DNA from: Octopus vulgaris
Lineage: Eukaryota
Reading direction: 5' to 3'
Assembly (NCBI GenBank): GCA_951406725.2
Contig: OX597814.1
Span: 7,068,001 to 7,132,000 of the forward strand
DNA length: 64,000 nucleotides
Shown: positions 39,620 through 52,209 of the stretch, piece by piece
Layout of the letters: the number at the start of each line of letters is the position of its first letter
How positions within the stretch are numbered: position 1 is the first letter of the stretch
Notes under the pieces: generated by a model
The model's input: only the letters and a program-made list of their open reading frames with translations
Told to the model about the DNA's origin: nothing
Databases searched by the model: none
Program-made: the position numbers and the translations under genes

Positions 39620-39977
39620 ATTAAGATTAAGTCGATTACATTGGCCCCAGTGCAAAACTGGTACTTAATTTATCGATCCCGAAAGGATGATAGGTAAAGT
39701 CGACCTCTGCGGAATTTGAACTCAGAGCGTAGCGGCAGACGAAATACCTATTTCTTTACAACCCACAAGGGGCTAAACACAAAGGGGTGAAACAAAGACA
39801 AACGGATTAAGTCGATTACATTGACCCTAGTGCGTAACTGGTACTTAATTTATCGACCCCGAAAGGATGATAGGTAAAGTCGACCTCGGCAGAATTTGAA
39901 CTCAGAACGTAACGACAGACGAAATACCGCGAAGCATTTTGGCCGGCGTGCTAACGGTTCTGCCAGCTCACCGCCTT
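39620..39977 (-). mobile_element. Two tandem SINE B copies
   Basis: GATTAAGTCGATTACATTG..GAATTTGAACTCAG occurs twice. Confidence 0.85.
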
Positions 39978-40436
39978 AAATCTGCATACAATACGGTCAA
40001 CCAAGTTGAGAATATTGAGGGTGAAGATTGGAGAAGGGGGTGTCAACCGCTACGACGAGGAGGAAGAGGTAAGGGTGGAATGGAAATAGAGAGATGAGTG
40101 AGGAGTGAATAGGAACTGGAGTTCACAAATAAAAGAGCGAGTTATTATTTCTTGATAGGTGTGTTGCTCAAAGTTGATTATATTTTCCAACATCTACGGG
40201 AATGGTGAAAGAACATGTTATAAGATGGCGCTGTGATGCAAGACAAAGAGAAGAAAAGAAGCTACTACGGTGCTTGTTGAAGTATTAATATCTTTCTGCA
40301 GACATCTGAAGACTGTCTTTGAAAGACTTAAGAAAACCATTTAATCTTTGACTCTAAAATCATGTTGAAAAGTCTTTAAATTAACTATTTAATCTTTTTA
40401 ACGTTTAGTAATGTTTTTAATGGATATGAATCATCA

Positions 40437-40780
40437 TCAGTAGTAGTAGTAGTAGTAGTGGTGGTGGTGGTGGTGGTGGTGGTAGTAGTAGTAGTAGTGG
40501 TGGTGGTGGTGGTGGTGGTAGTAGTGGTGGTAGTAGTAGTAGTCGTAGTAGTAGTAGTGGTGGTGGTGGTGGTAGTAGTAGTGGTGGTGGTGGTAGTAGT
40601 AGTAGTAGCAGCAGTAGTAGTAGTAGTAGCAGCAGCAGCAGTAGTAGTAGTAGTAGCAGCAGCAGCAGTAGTAGTAGTAGTAGTAGTAGTAGTAGGTAGC
40701 AGCAGCAGCAGTAGTAGTAGTAGTAGTAGTGGTAGTAGTAGCAGCAATTGTAGCAGTAGTAGTGGTAGTAGTTGTTGTTG
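40437..40780. repeat. (GTA)n/(GTG)n/(GCA)n microsatellite
   Basis: Read directly. Confidence 0.95.
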
Positions 40781-40871
40781 TTCCAGATTTAAGTAAAATA
40801 TTTTTGTTTGATCAAAAGTTTATAGCAACAATTCAGCGCTTTTTGCTATGTTTTTGTTTCTTGTTGTTCAG

Positions 40872-42482
40872 TTGGTGTTCAGGTCTTTTTTATTGAAATT
40901 ACAAAACGTATTGCAATATTTACTAATTTCCACCCAAAACGACATATTTTACTCAGTAGTCGACGTCTGGCCTTTCTTTGGTGTTCAGGTCTTTTTTATT
41001 GAAATTACAAAACGTATTGCAATATTTACTAATTTCCACCCAAAACGACATATTTTACTCAGTAGTCGACGTCTGGCCTTTCTTTGGTGTTCAGGTCTTT
41101 TTTTATTGAAATTACAAAACGTATTGCAATATTTACTAATTTCCACCCAAAACGACATATTTTACTCAGTAGTCGACGTCTGGCCTTTCTTTGGTGTTCA
41201 GGTCTTTTTTATTGAAATTACAAAACGTATTACAATATTTACTAATTTCCACCCAAAACGACATATTTTACTCAGTAGTCGACGTCTGGCCTTTCTTTGG
41301 TGTTCAGGTCTTTTTTATTGAAATTACAAAACGTATTACAATATTTACTAATTTCCACCCAAAACGACATATTTTACTCAGTAGTCGACGTCTGGCCTTT
41401 CTTTGGTGTTCAGGTCTTTTTTATTGAAATTACAAAACGTATTTACTAATATTTACTAATTTCCACCCAAAACGACATATTTTACTCAGTAGTCGACGTC
41501 TGGCCTTTCTTTGGTGTTCAGATCTTTTTTATTGAAATTACAAAACGTATTTACTAATATTTACTAATTTCCACCCAAAACGACATATTTTACTCAGTAG
41601 TCGACGTCTGGCCTTTCTTTGGTGTTCAGGTCTTTTTTATTGAAATTACAAAACGTATTACAATATTTACTAATTTCCACCCAAAACGACATATTTTACT
41701 CAGTAGTCGACGTCTGGCCTTTCTTTGGTGTTCAGGTCTTTTTTATTGAAATTACAAAACGTATTACAATATTTACTAATTTCCACCCAAAACGACATAT
41801 TTTACTCAGTAGTCGACGTCTGGCCTTTCTTTGGTGTTCAGGTCTTTTTTATTGAAATTACAAAACGTATTTACTAATATTTACTAATTTCCACCCAAAA
41901 CGACATATTTTACTCAGTAGTCGACGTCTGGCCTTTCTTTGGTGTTCAGGTCTTTTTTATTGAAATTACAAAACGTATTTACTAATATTTACTAATTTCC
42001 ACCCAAAACGACATATTTTACTCAGTAGTCGACGTCTGGCCTTTCTTTGGTGTTCAGGTCTTTTTTATTGAAATTACAAAACGTATTTACTAATATTTAC
42101 TAATTTCCACCCAAAACGACATATTTTACTCAGTAGTCGACGTCTGGCCTTTCTTTGGTGTTCAGGTCTTTTTTATTGAAATTACAAAACGTATTACAAT
42201 ATTTACTAATTTCCACCCAAAACGACATATTTTACTCAGTAGTCGACGTCTGGCCTTTCTTTGGTGTTCAGGTCTTTTTTATTGAAATTACAAAACGTAT
42301 TTACTAATATTTACTAATTTCCACCCAAAACGACATATTTTACTCAGTAGTCGACGTCTGGCCTTTCTTTGGTGTTCAGGTCTTTTTTATTGAAATTACA
42401 AAACGTATTTACTAATATTTACTAATTTCCACCCAAAACGACATATTTTACTCAGTAGTCGACGTCTGGCCTTTCTTTGGTG
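40872..42482. repeat. Tandem array, 15 x 106-108 bp
   Basis: GTCGACGTCTGG recurs 15 times (40961 to 42460) at 106-108 bp spacing. Confidence 0.97.
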
Positions 42483-43091
42483 CAATGCTACAAATCAGAA
42501 ATTCAGCCTAGATTTTAACGAGGGTTTGTGAAATAATTTATTTCTATCGGCTGGTCCCTTTTCTCGGGGAATCAACCTGATTTTTCATTGATTTTGTACC
42601 ACTTTTTACAGAAAAGAATTCCTCTTCGCCGCCTTGGCTGCTTCTGTCTTTGTCCTAAATAAATATGGAAGCAGAGGTTTGGAGTTCATTTCTATCCTTG
42701 TTCTTCTTAGTTTCGGATCTGCTGGCACGTATCTGGTGATACAGTGACGACACCATATTCTTCAGTATCACTGTTTTTGTCGTAATCGTCATTGACTTTC
42801 ATATCGTCATCATTTTAATTGTTTTTATCATCGTCGTCGTTACCACGACAATAGTGAAAGTCCTTATCATTATAGCCAGTAACCATGGCAACAGGCCTAC
42901 TCCGGGCTTGATTTCTGTGTTTTTAAAGAAAAAGGATGAACATCACAACACAACTTCTCTCGTCTAAACAAAGTTAAACTTAGAAGTTACAATTCCGTTT
43001 TCATTCTGGTTTACAATTAAGTTTACTTTTGACACATTCTACCAGTATACGAAGTTTCAAATTGTTTGGTTCAGTAGGAAAAATTTGGAAA

Positions 43092-44855
43092 AACTGGCTT
43101 CACAAATGAAAAGATCCCTTTTATTTTCTAGCATAAAATCTCAGAGCTGTTTTAGACCAATGTTTGGGTGCTGATTCCAAAACTCACCTCAGATTTGCTC
43201 TATCACACCACATTTTTGTACCGTTTATATATGGAAGCACTCCGTCGGTTACGACGACGAGGGTTCCGGTTGATCCGAATCAACGGAACAGCCTGCTCGT
43301 GAAATTAACGTGTAAGTGGCTGAGCACTCCACAGACACGTGTACCCTTAACGTAGTTCTCGGGGATATTCAGCGTGACACAGAGAGTGACAAGGCCGGCC
43401 CTTTGAAATACAGGTACAACAGAAACAGGAAGTAAGAGCGAGAGAAAGTTGTGGTGAAAGAGTACAGCAGGGATCACCACCATCCCCTGCCAGAGCCTCG
43501 TGGAGCTTTAGGTGTTTTCGCTCAATAAACACTCACAACGCCCGGTCTGGGAATCGAAACCACGATCCTATGACCGCGTGTCCGCTGCCCTAACCACTGG
43601 GCCATTGCGCCTCCACTACCGTTTATATATACACCCTTATTTACCTGGAGTATACCAAAAGTTAACTTTACACCATTATTTGCGGGAATATTGGTCGGAT
43701 TGTCAGGTTAATTTTGAATATGTTCAAGCTGAATGTTGCTTTAAAGCCCTTAAAACCCTTTCTCCTCTTTTCAGGTGTGAACTGAACCGCTAAGATCCAG
43801 TTATGGATACAACATCAAAAAGAAGGATGTGGTGTAATGACCCCGATATCTCATGCTACGTCTGTGGAAACTTCACTCCACAGGCTCAAAGGCGCAACAT
43901 TAATAACTTTGTGAAGGTGTGTCTTGCTTAATTTAAAGTAACATTTGGAGACCAGGACAAAAGCTGGGCTTCCTACAAAGTTTGCAAAACTTGTGTTGAC
44001 ACTTGGTGTGATGAAGAAATTTATCAAAGTTGTTGATCACAATGGAGATTGCTCCAGATATATTTGTACAACCTTTCCAAGTGTCAGTGACGATAAGAAG
44101 GCAGGAATATTTAATGGACCTCAAATAAGAACACTCTTCAGGGATCCACATCTTGTTATAACAATGAGTGCGGAGGCGGCGGCGGCGGAGGCTAGAGCTT
44201 GGTGTAGCTTCTTTGATGTGGTGTGGAATTTCCTTGGGAACATGAAAGCTGACAACTATCAAGAGATTATGGAGGAGCTTCTCTTGAGTTTGCAAGCACT
44301 TGGATGTAGAATGAGCATTAATTTTCACTATTTAGTCACTTGGGTGAGTTTCCAGACGACCTGGATGGTTGACGTTAGCGATGAACAAGGTGAACACGTT
44401 CATCCAGATGTAAAAGTAATGGAAGAACGCTACCAAGGCCGATGGGACTCAAACACGATGGCAGACGACTGCTGGAGCTTAATGAGAGACATTCCAGAAT
44501 CTGTACACAGGAGATTGTCAAATGAGTTGAAGTAACAAGACGATCAGAATTAATGGCCTCAATGAATAGAGATTTTGCATTCATATTTTGTTACAACCAA
44601 GCTTAATTCTTACATGTGTATTTACTCCCACAACTCTGTATTTTGATTTATTAAAAATTGCATCTACGCATGTTTAACTCTTCCTTTATGAGCGTTAAAT
44701 AGCAGCCTATAGCAAAACTAAAAGATTTCATACCTCAAAAATCTAATGTGATAGACAAAATCTGATGCCAGATTTAGATTCAGCACTCCCAAATTAGCTG
44801 AAAAAAAAAAGAGCCATTGATAAACCTTGTACCGGAAAATTTGCGTTAACCAGTG
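43092..44855 (+). mobile_element. Chapaev3-type (CMC) DNA transposon, internally deleted and decayed
   Basis: N-terminal CNDPDISCYVCG..GDQDKSWA..VCKTC and C-terminal GIFNGPQIR..FLGN..VSDEQGEH.H.D..MEERYQGRW..MADDCW; right end CAGTG|TTA; subterminal inverted GGGTGCTGATTCCAAA/TTTAGATTCAGCACTC. The left end is degenerate. Confidence 0.75.
43232..43616 (-). mobile_element. tRNA-derived SINE family C, full length, with TSD
   Basis: TSD TACCGTTTATATA at 43219-43231 and 43617-43629; near-identical to 62304-62693. Confidence 0.92.
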
Positions 44856-45026
44856 TTATCTCTCTTGCAAATCCTTGACAGAATTTAAATTCCAAAGGAA
44901 GGACCTGCTCAACAATGTCAAACACAAAGTATGTTAGTCATGTTATATACCAGAATGTCTGTCACTTTTTAGAAAATATCTTATATTTTAAGTTGAAAAG
45001 TACTGAATTTCAAAAATATTGTATTA

Positions 45027-45420
45027 CTAGCAGCATAGCCCGGCGTTGCCCGGGTATGTAAGAGCCCCTAGTAGGCAACGGCTAATCCCAATCGGGTCCT
45101 TTCTCTCTAGGGAACGAAGGCGCATGTGTAGGTTGCAATGTCTTCTCTTCACTCGTATACTTCTGTGTATACGATGTTCCTAGCTGTCCCTTTGGGCGAT
45201 AAAAAGGTCGAGTTGTGTCCCCTAGACAGAAAATGTGTTGCATATAAAAAGCTTAGATTCTCGACCCCATGTCGAATTTATCGACTTTTTCAGAACTGGG
45301 GGAACTTTTCAAAATTTTCGCTGCGTCAGTTTTGGTTGAAAGCCGTGGTCAGGGTGACGGTACAACCTGACAGACATACAGAGACACAGACAGACAAACT
45401 GCCGTTTATATATAGAGAGA
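45027..45420 (-). mobile_element. Non-autonomous Helitron
   Basis: On minus: A|TCTCTCTATATATAAA ... CCCGGGCAACGCCGGG..CTAG|T. Confidence 0.85.
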
Positions 45421-46524
45421 TAAATGTGTGGTCGCGTGTAAGTAACAATCAAAAGGATTTATCAATGAAAAGAACCTTCCATATTCAGTGAGTTTTAGCA
45501 ATTTAGTAAGTCTGGTGGACGAACGAAAACTGCCAAAAGAGACAAAGCAATCATAACATTGATAATGTAAAATGACACCAACCATGATGAATTAACCGAT
45601 GGAAATGAAGGGCAATGAAAGGAAAAAGGATATAATACAGATTTTCATTAAATTCTTCAGCTTAAAATACGGACTGACTTTGAGCAGGAAAATAGCTGTG
45701 ATATGGAAGTGAAGTCACAAGGAAAAGCGAATTCAATTTAAATAAAGAATAAATTCTTATTATACATTGAACTTGCTTCCGCTTCCATTTCTGAGTTGCA
45801 GCATCTGAAAGTATTTTGTGTGTGCATGTGTGTGTGTGTGTGTGCGTGTGCACGTGTATAAAGTTTGGAGTTTCTTAAGGTCGTGTGCCTTTGAGACAAG
45901 AGTTTCTAACGTTTCAGATAGATTCCTTATTCGTTGAACGAGAAAAGCATTTTCCTCCAAATTTAGTCCATGAGAAGAGAATTAACGCAGCGGAAAGTGA
46001 CAGGAAATGGCAGAGAATTGGCGATTATAGTCGCATGGAATAGAAGAGAAAAGAAAAGCGACCAGCAAAAGAAAAGACAAGTTGGGACGGGATCGATTTG
46101 GAGGTGGAGAAAGAATAACAGTGGAAAGGGAAGGGGTTAGACGAGCGGAAGAATTCAAGGATTTTGTCTGCAACATCGAACTTAGGAATTTCCAATTTTA
46201 CAAATAATTACAACTTTTGCTGGTCTTGTGATGAGAGCTACGACGCTCCCTTGCCAGAGATAGACTGGTCCGAGTAACGATCCGAGTGAATTCAAAGTTC
46301 ACAGTTCGTCGTCGGAGTTGAGTGTTGGGTTTTTTCAGAGTTGGCCGTTATGATTTTGTAAGTTATCGAAATTTTCTTCTCGAAAATTCGTTATTGTTGA
46401 ACGTATTACACAATGTAACACATGTTTTGTTTATTTATATTTTTTAATGTTCATATTTGCATTTTTTGCCACTAAACTAAAAAATCACATTCATTTTGAC
46501 GTAACATCGATAGTTATTTATTTA

Positions 46525-48198
46525 CTAGCAGAGATACCCGGCGTTGCCCATGTTACATACAATCGAAGAATTACACTTTTCTGTTATAATTTCTCTAATG
46601 AACTGGAATATCTATGTTTCGAATTTCATCAAAATTGCAGATGAAGGTTATTTCCCTCTTTACAGACCCCCCAAAAATTGTAATCGTGCCACATATATCC
46701 CATATTACTGATTTTTATGCGCATATTCCAAAATTCTAGTTTTAATGAACCTGTTAAAAAGATTTTGCTCCTGAAAAATGAGGGTCATAGAGCTCTAAAA
46801 TGTGAGAGTTAAGGCCCTTGTTGGGGGTGGGCATCTTAATATCAACCACAGAAGTTGAATTGTTGAGAATCTTTTTTACTCGGGTCTTATATCTATTGTT
46901 TGAATTTCTTTGAAATAGGAAATATATGTTCACTGGGTTTGTAAAAGAGAGCATAGCTACAGGAAACCAAAAGACGAATAATCACAATACGCAGTCAGCT
47001 ACAGTACCCTAGACGTTACCACTCCCAATGTAGGATTCCGCACCATCCAGATGACAGGCACAGCAGTAAGATGCATTACGAATTTATAGCAATTGGAAGG
47101 GCGTGACCCAACTGAAATAAACATTAACAACTGTCTGACGTGAGGGCTAAGGAGAAATGAAAGTTGGAGTTTGCAAATGACCACTATACTGATATGTAAC
47201 TGGACAGAATAAATTTACAATCTATAAATGTCTTTGAATAACCAGTCACTCATCTGGGAAGGCCTTGAAATCAATGTTACCATGTGGGGACTATGTGTGA
47301 CCCAGTGATAATAAAAAGACTGAAAGGAGGTCTGCAATCAAATAACTTTACTCCACACTTTGCAACTGAATCAGTGGAGGCAAAGATGCCTCTCATTTAC
47401 TTGACAATTTATGCAGCACATTGCAGAAATCACAATGTAAGTGTATGTCAAAGCAAACTCTTACACTGTTGTACCATTGAATTACAAATAATGCGCATCT
47501 TCTATGCTCGGATGACCCCACAGCTTCCAAGAGTACAACTATTCGTCTTTGCTTAGATAAAATGACAAAATTGTGGGTGTTAAGTCCCCATGGTGGGTTC
47601 TTTATAACTTGTAAGAAGATGAAATTTTATGAATATTACTTCATTTGTGTCTAATATCTATGGTTAAAATTTCCTCAACAGCAAAAATATATGAATTGTC
47701 ATGGGGGTTATGGCCCTTATACATAGAATATAATTTCCAAATTTCATAAAGATCCATTCAGTACTTTTGACCTAGATTTGGATAAAAAAAGAAGTGACTA
47801 AAATTTGGGAGTTATGGCCCCCATTTGGGTGTCTTAGAATCCTCATGTGAAGTGGAAACTTTGAGAACACTTCTTGATGTGTGTCAATTACCCATGGTTG
47901 AAATTTCATCAACATCGAAAATTTATGAATTTCCTTGGGGGTTCTGCCCCCTTTAAGCCATCTGAAATTCAAACCAAACATATTGCATTATGCCCGCCCT
48001 TATGCATTGAATCTAAGTTTCAAATATTATAAGGATCCATTCAGTAATTTTGGTTCATGACGTATGAAACACACAGCATTACCCTTCTCCCTAGGCTTGG
48101 ATTTTGTGTTCCAAATTACATTATGATCGATGCAGCAATTTTCGAATGTATAAGTAATACACGCACACATAAAGACATTGTCTTTGATATAATAAATA
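46525..48198 (-). mobile_element. Older Helitron-like element; 5' boundary uncertain
   Basis: 3' end ACTAGCAGAGATACCCGGCGTTGCCC resembles 45027; degenerate 5'-like end near 48160-48198; repeated AAATTTCA..GATCCATTCAGTA motifs. Confidence 0.5.
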
Positions 48199-48639
48199 TG
48201 AATGTACACATATACATACATGTGTATATATATATATATATAACATTATTGGTGAATTGAAGAAATATATATATATATATGTATATATATTATATTAAAT
48301 TAGAGACAAAACCACTATTAGGCAAATCAAACAATGAAAGACTTAAGCCAATACATAAATTAATTTATATTATTTAAATATGTAACAATTATTAAAAAAT
48401 ATAATTAATATCCACTACGATCGTTTCCTGGCTACTGTCATCAAATTATGAGTTGCAGTCATTCATCGGGTGGTTTCAAAATTTTTCTTGGCGCGTGTGT
48501 GTGTGTATATGTATATGTGCGTGTGTGTATTATATATATATATATAAATATACACACACACAAAGATAAATTGATAGATACAACTGAGTGGGCAAACAAA
48601 AATATGAGACACAGCGTAGTGGTGCTTTTATGTTGATAA

Positions 48640-48945
48640 GCTGGTACTTATTCTATTAGTTTCTCCTTTTTGAAACCAGTAAGTTATGGGGATGTAAATA
48701 AACGAAGAGCAGTTGTGAAGCAGTGATTTGGGAGAAACGCAAAGACACACACACAGACTTACATATATACATACATATATATACGATTGATTTCTTTCAG
48801 TTTCTGCCTACAAAATCCACTGACAAGGCTTTGGTTGGTCTGAGGCTATAGTAGAAGACACATGCCAAGTCACCACTCAGTGGGACTGAGCTGAGGACCA
48901 TGTGTTTTGGAACGAAGTTTGTTACCACACAGCTACACCTGTACC
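48640..48945 (-). mobile_element. Diverged SINE family A
   Basis: TTCAGTTTCTGCCTACAAAATCCACT..GGCTATAGTAGAAGACAC. Confidence 0.75.
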
Positions 48946-48997
48946 TGTGTTTGTGTATGGGTGTATATATGTATATATGTGAATATATACGTGTACA

Positions 48998-49074
<77 letters not shown>

Positions 49075-49194
49075 ACAATAAAGGAACGGCCATAATAGGC
49101 CATTCACCCACTAGAAATAACAGCCAAAGCTTCAACCGCAAATAAAAGTTAATTCAGTAAACCAGGAGAAAATTTAAAAAACATTTACCCTGTA

Positions 49195-49301
49195 ATTTCT
49201 TATACGATATACCGTTTCATCTGCTGATTAATGGTAAACTAACCTGATTAAATTAAATCAAGCCAATCTTCCACAGGCCCTCAGATTCTTCAGTAAGAAA
49301 T
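49195..49301 (-). ncRNA. Type I hammerhead ribozyme (array copy)
   Basis: Reverse complement of 51118-51224. Confidence 0.85.
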
Positions 49302-49686
49302 AGCCCAAGACGGAACAGATATTTTCACGAGGCATTTCCGACGTTGCCAAGTTTATATCTGACCTAAAATTTTCAAATCGTCGCACTCGCGCCAAATTTA
49401 TCGGCAGCAAATAAATATAAGCCGTCGATTCCATTACGGAATTAACCAGAAAATTCATAATTAATCAATATAGGGTGGCAAAAAAAATTTTGTAGAATTC
49501 TTTTGCCACCAGCGGCCTAGTAGGAAAAAATTAAAATAGTCATAGACCATTTTTAAGTTCAACATCAACAATAAAGGAACGGCCATAATAGGCCATTCAC
49601 CCACTAGAAATAACAGCCAAAGCTTCAACCGCAAATAAAAGTTAATTCAGTAAACCAGGAGAAAATTTAAAAACATTTACCCTGTA

Positions 49687-49793
49687 ATTTCTTATACGAT
49701 ATACCGTTTCATCTGCTGATTAATGGTAAACTAACCTGATTAAATTAAATCAAGCCAATCTTCCACAGGCCCTCAGATTCTTCAGTAAGAAAT
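49687..49793 (-). ncRNA. Type I hammerhead ribozyme (array copy)
   Basis: Reverse complement of 51118-51224. Confidence 0.85.
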
Positions 49794-50179
49794 AGCCCAA
49801 GACGGAACAGATATTTTCACGAGGCATTTCCGACGTTGCCAAGTTTATATCTGACCTAAAATTTTCAAATCGTCGCACTCGCGCCAAATTTATCGGCAGC
49901 AAATAAATATAAGCCGTCGATTCCATTACGGAATTAACCAGAAAATTCATAATTAATCAATATAGGGTGGCAAAAAAAATTTTGTAGAATTCTTTTGCCA
50001 CCAGCGGCCTAGTAGGAAAAAATTAAAATAGTCATAGACCATTTTTAAGTTCAACATCAACAATAAAGGAACGGCCATAATAGGCCATTCACCCACTAGA
50101 AATAACAGCCAAAGCTTCAACCGCAAATAAAAGTTAATTCAGTAAACCAGGAGAAAATTTAAAAAACATTTACCCTGTA

Positions 50180-50286
50180 ATTTCTTATACGATATACCGT
50201 TTCATCTGTTGATTAATGGTAAACTAACCTGATTAAATTAAATCAAGCCAATCTTCCACAGGCCCTCAGATTCTTCAATAAGAAAT
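50180..50286 (-). ncRNA. Hammerhead copy with a core mutation (CUGAAGA to UUGAAGA)
   Basis: G>A on the plus strand at 50278. Confidence 0.75.
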
Positions 50287-50625
50287 AGCCCAAGACGGAA
50301 CAGATATTTTCACGAGGCATTTCCGACGTTGCCAAGTTTATATCTGACCTAAAATTTTCAAATCGTCGCACTCGCGCCAAATTTATCGGCAGCAAATAAA
50401 TATAAGCCGTCGATTCCATTACGGAATTAACCAGAAAATTCATAATTAATCAATATAGGGTGGCAAAAAAAAATTTTCTGGTTAATTCCGTAATGGAATC
50501 GACGGCTTATATTTATTTGCTGCCGATAAATTTGGCGCGAGTGCGACGATTTGAAAATTTTAGGTCAGATATAAACTTGGCAACGTCGGAAATGCCTCGT
50601 GAAAATATCTGTTCCGTCTTGGGCT

Positions 50626-50732
50626 ATTTCTTACTGAAGAATCTGAGGGCCTGTGGAAGATTGGCTTGATTTAATTTAATCAGGTTAGTTTACCATTAAT
50701 CAGCAGATGAAACGGTATATCGTATAAGAAAT
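50626..50732 (+). ncRNA. Type I hammerhead ribozyme (array copy)
   Basis: Same as 51118-51224. Confidence 0.85.
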
Positions 50733-51117
50733 TACAGGGTAAATGTTTTTTAAATTTTCTCCTGGTTTACTGAATTAACTTTTATTTGCGGTTGAAGCTT
50801 TGGCTGTTATTTCTAGTGGGTGAATGGCCTATTATGGCCGTTCCTTTATTGTTGATGTTGAACTTAAAAATGGTCTATGACTATTTTAATTTTTTCCTAC
50901 TAGGCCGCTGGTGGCAAAAGAATTCTACAAAATTTTTTTGCCACCCTATATTGATTAATTATGAATTTTCTGGTTAATTCCGTAATGGAATCGACGGCTT
51001 ATATTTATTTGCTGCCGATAAATTTGGCGCGAGTGCGACGATTTGAAAATTTTAGGTCAGATATAAACTTGGCAACGTCGGAAATGCCTCGTGAAAATAT
51101 CTGTTCCGTCTTGGGCT

Positions 51118-51224
51118 ATTTCTTACTGAAGAATCTGAGGGCCTGTGGAAGATTGGCTTGATTTAATTTAATCAGGTTAGTTTACCATTAATCAGCAGAT
51201 GAAACGGTATATCGTATAAGAAAT
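51118..51224 (+). ncRNA. Type I hammerhead ribozyme (reference copy)
   Basis: Helix I ATTTCTTA/TAAGAAAT; CTGAAGA at 51126-51132; helix II ATCTG/CAGAT; GAAA at 51201-51204; helix III CGGTATATCG; GUA cleavage triplet, predicted cut after 51216. Confidence 0.88.
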
Positions 51225-51609
51225 TACAGGGTAAATGTTTTTTAAATTTTCTCCTGGTTTACTGAATTAACTTTTATTTGCGGTTGAAGCTTTGGCTGTT
51301 ATTTCTAGTGGGTGAATGGCCTATTATGGCCGTTCCTTTATTGTTGATGTTGAACTTAAAAATGGTCTATGACTATTTTAATTTTTTCCTACTAGGCCGC
51401 TGGTGGCAAAAGAATTCTACAAAATTTTTTTGCCACCCTATATTGATTAATTATGAATTTTCTGGTTAATTCCGTAATGGAATCGACGGCTTATATTTAT
51501 TTGCTGCCGATAAATTTGGCGCGAGTGCGACGATTTGAAAATTTTAGGTCAGATATAAACTTGGCAACGTCGGAAATGCCTCGTGAAAATATCTGTTCCG
51601 TCTTGGGCT

Positions 51610-51716
51610 ATTTCTTACTGAAGAATCTGAGGGCCTGTGGAAGATTGGCTTGATTTAATTTAATCAGGTTAGTTTACCATTAATCAGCAGATGAAACGGT
51701 ATATCGTATAAGAAAT
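51610..51716 (+). ncRNA. Type I hammerhead ribozyme (array copy)
   Basis: Same as 51118-51224. Confidence 0.85.
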
Positions 51717-52102
51717 TACAGGGTAAATGTTTTTTAAATTTTCTCCTGGTTTACTGAATTAACTTTTATTTGCGGTTGAAGCTTTGGCTGTTATTTCTAG
51801 TGGGTGAATGGCCTATTATGGCCGTTCCTTTATTGTTGATGTTGAACTTAAAAATGGTCTATGACTATTTTAATTTTTTCCTACTAGGCCGCTGGTGGCA
51901 AAAGAATTCTACAAAATTTTTTTTGCCACCCTATATTGATTAATTATGAATTTTCTGGTTAATTCCGTAATGGAATCGACGGCTTATATTTATTTGCTGC
52001 CGATAAATTTGGCGCGAGTGCGACGATTTGAAAATTTTAGGTCAGATATAAACTTGGCAACGTCGGAAATGCCTCGTGAAAATATCTGTTCCGTCTTGGG
52101 CT

Positions 52103-52209
52103 ATTTCTTACTGAAGAATCTGAGGGCCTGTGGAAGATTGGCTTGATTTAATTTAATCAGGTTAGTTTACCATTAATCAGCAGATGAAACGGTATATCGT
52201 ATAAGAAAT
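52103..52209 (+). ncRNA. Type I hammerhead ribozyme (array copy)
   Basis: Same as 51118-51224. Confidence 0.85.

Noticed and set aside
42735-42770. CTGAAGA followed by a hairpin on minus (hammerhead candidate)
   Set aside because: The required GAAA after helix II is absent
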